NCBI RefSeq assembly: GCF_016097405.1
Contig: NZ_JAEHGD010000001.1
Coordinates: 1,391,693 to 1,423,692, forward strand
Length of the DNA: 32,000 nucleotides
Source: a methane-oxidizing endosymbiont of Gigantopelta aegis
Lineage (GTDB): Bacteria > Pseudomonadota > Gammaproteobacteria > Methylococcales > Methylomonadaceae
Direction: 5' to 3'
The translations under genes and the position numbers were made by a program. Positions 29,179 to 32,000 of the stretch are shown one piece after another. Within the stretch, counting starts at the first letter, position 1; every line of letters begins with the position of its first letter. The notes under the pieces were generated by a model. The model searched no databases and had not been told where the DNA came from. It saw only the letters and a program-made list of their open reading frames with translations.

Positions 29179-32000
29179 TACGTGGTGGGTAGGTGATAGT
29201 TTAGGCGTTATTGTCTTTACGCCACTGTTACTTTGCTGGATTGGTCAGCCTGAAACGGTCTGGCGGCAGCGTATTAAAATGGTCGCATTGCCGCTGCTGA
29301 TAACCAGTATTCTCTTGTTTGCTTTTTTCCAGGTCAGTACGGTCCTCGAACAAAAGCGTCTGTTTGCCGTGTTTCAAAAAAATAGTGCGCGTGTTTCCAC
29401 TGTTTTGCGAGATAATTTTTCTGACCAGGAAGCATTAACTGAATTTATCAAGAACTTTTTTGATATTGTGCCTGAGGTGTCAGCCCAGAACTTTACGACT
29501 CTGGTTAAACCGTTATTGGCTAAAAATTCTTATATTCGTGCGTTTGAATGGATTGAAAAAGTCCCAGCTTTTAAAAGATCGCAATTTGAACGCGACTTAA
29601 ATCTTAAAATTACAGAATGGCGTCAATCCGGGCCACCTGTACCTGCGGCAGACCGGGAGGCGTATTATGTGATTCGTTATCTTTACCCGGTCGAAAATAA
29701 TTTGGCTGCCTGGGGGTATGATGTGGCCTCATACCCAGTTGCACAGAAAGCACTGTATGCGGCGCGTGACTCAGGGAGAACCCAGGTCATTGCACCGGTT
29801 AGATTGATTCAGACCAAACGGCCTAAAGCCGGCGTAGTATTTTATGCGCCGGTTTATGCTAAAGGCTATACACTAAAAACCGTAGAGCAGCGGCGTAATG
29901 CGTTTTTAGGTGTCGTGGCCACAGTTTCAGTGATTGATGATATGCTGAGCGATTTTTTTACCCAGTGGCCAAATCTTAAGCTTTTTGTGCAGATTACTCG
30001 AAAAGGCCAGCCTATTTATCAGAACTATACACATGAAGATCTGAAAGTATTAAATGACTTTAAAACAACTGATACCATTCAGATTGCAAATCAAACCTGG
30101 AATATTTCCTATTTTCCCGCGCCATCTTTTGTCGAATCGGTACATATTTATTTTTACAACCTGATTATTATCGGTTTTATCTTCGCGACATTAGTGACAG
30201 CCGGTGTATTGATGCTGACAGGACGCACTCTTCGCACCGAACAACTGGTTAAATCGCGAACGCGGGAACTGGCTGAAAGCGAACAAAAGTTCCGGGCTTT
30301 AATTCAATCACAACAGGCGGTTTTTTGGCAGGCAGATACAGAGAGCTTTCAATTTACCTTTGTGAGTGAGCAGGCCAGGACTATTTTAGGGTATCCGCCA
30401 GACAAATGCCTGGAACATGATTTTTGGCTAAAAACCATGCACCCGGATGATCGGAAATGGGCACCAGCATTTTGCCGGGAGCAGACTGAAGCCGGAAAAA
30501 GCCATCAATTCGATTACCGTATGCGGCATGAAAATGGTCATTTTATCTGGGTCAGGGATATTGTCACGGTTGAAAAAGACGCAGGCCAGAATCTGACACG
30601 TATGATGGGGGTGATGGTTGATGTCACCGAATATTATCACATTGAAGAAGAATTGCGTTTTAAAGAACGCAAATACAGAACCTTATTTGAAAGCAGTTTT
30701 GAAGCCTTGATTATTTTCGATGTTGAGCGCTTTAAAATTGTCGAGGCGAATGCCAAAACATTGCGTTTATTTGGGTTACCTAAGCAGGGCCTGGAAAGGG
30801 TGGATCCTATGAGTTTTTCGCCCCAGTTTCAGGATAATGGGAAACCTAGTTTACAGATGGCGCAGGAGAAAATGGCCGAAGTCATTAAACAGGGACGGGT
30901 TGAGTTTCAATGGACCCATATCAATGCAGCAGGTGAAAATATTTTATGTGCCATCAATATGACATTGCTGCCTTCATTGGGTGATCAGTTGGTGCTTATC
31001 AGTATTCGCGATATTACTGAACAAAAAAAATCGGAACAGGAGATTGCTGAACTCGCATTTTATGATGCGTTGACAGGGTTAGCGAATCGGCGCCTTCTGT
31101 TAAATCAACTGCAAACTGAAATCATCAGTGCCAAACGGAATAACGTCTATGGTGCTGTGATTTTTATGGACTTAGATCGATTCAAGGTTTTAAATGATTC
31201 CTTAGGCCACCATGTTGGCGATGAATTACTCAAACAGGTCGCAGGCAGAATTCAATCAGTATTACGCGATGAAGACCTGGCAGCGCGTTTAGGTGGCGAT
31301 GAATTTGTTGTATTGATTCGGCCGCATGCGCAATCACAGGATCAAATTCAAGAAGCGTCACATAAAGTGGCCGAAAAAATTCGTAAAGCATTGGAGCAAC
31401 CGTATTTTATGGGTGAATATGAGCATATTTGTTCATCGAGCTTTGGAATCAGTATTTTTCCAGAAGAGGGTGTGTCGGCAAACGCGATATTACAGCAGGC
31501 GGATAAGGCTATGTATGCGGCTAAGGAGCAAGGCCGCAATGCGGTGTGTTTTTACCACATCACCATGCAGCAGCAAGCCGATGAAAGGCTTTTTTTGGAG
31601 AAGGAATTACGCAGAGCGCTAAAACAAAATGATTTCACTCTGGTGTATCAGCCACAGTTAGACAGGGATGGCAATGTGCATAGCGCCGAGGCATTGATTC
31701 GTTGGCAGCATGCCGAAAAAGGTGTCATTTCACCGGCGCAATTTATTCCATTAGCCGAAGAGACTGGGTTGATCATCGAAATCGGCGAATGGGTGCTCAA
31801 CCAGGCTTGTCAGCATTTAAGACAGTGGTCAGAGCGCGGGATTTTACTGGATCATGTTGCGGTCAATGTCAGCGCCCGGCAATTTTCTCAAGCTCATTTT
31901 GTGGAAAGTGTACGGCAGGCGATAAAGCGCTCTGGCATTCCAGCGTCGGCCCTGTTTATCGAACTCACAGAAGGGATCTTGCTTAAAAATATCCATGAAA
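29179..32000 (+). pseudogene. Remainder of the MASE1 protein: PAS-GGDEF-EAL diguanylate cyclase/phosphodiesterase, 3' truncated by window
   Basis: Open frame to window end: FDYRMRHENGHFIWVRDI (PAS), ARLGGDEFVVLI (GGDEF at 31292-31306), SAEALIRWQH (EAL at 31688-31696), ELTEGILL. Missing from the supplied ORF track because it has no stop in the window. Confidence 0.92.

Noticed and set aside
30428-31986. ORFs 30428..30640, 31326..31622, 31348..31539, 31702..31986
   Set aside because: Out-of-frame shadows inside the PAS-GGDEF-EAL reading frame, which is absent from the track only because it has no stop in the window.

Overview
Gammaproteobacterial window with four parts. (1) A chromosomal block on the minus strand: glmS 3' end, nucleoside deaminase, metA, P-loop ATPase and a small conserved ORF. 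(2) A complete rRNA operon, 16S-tRNA-Ile(GAT)-tRNA-Ala(TGC)-23S-5S. Both large rRNA genes are expanded by insertions at hairpin tips, all sharing the inverted terminus CCC(C)TCACCTAnATT...AATnTAGGTGAGG(G)G. The two in 23S rRNA carry small GIY-YIG-nuclease-like reading frames. (3) A decayed mobile region: nested IS3-, IS5- and IS21-family elements, a broken DUF3987-like gene, a CHC2 primase fragment, an AlpA-like regulator and a P4-type integrase next to the tmRNA gene (ssrA). (4) Chromosomal genes: a 721-aa protein with a zeta-toxin-like kinase domain and a possible degenerate Fic-like motif, trpS, a rapA-like gene split by an in-frame TAG, a TalC/FSA-type transaldolase, and a MASE1-PAS-GGDEF-EAL gene split by an IS630-family element at a TA dinucleotide. 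The strongest candidate for something undescribed is the family of inverted-repeat elements, with GIY-YIG ORFs, colonising four hairpins of one rRNA operon. No CRISPR array or recognisable defence operon was found.
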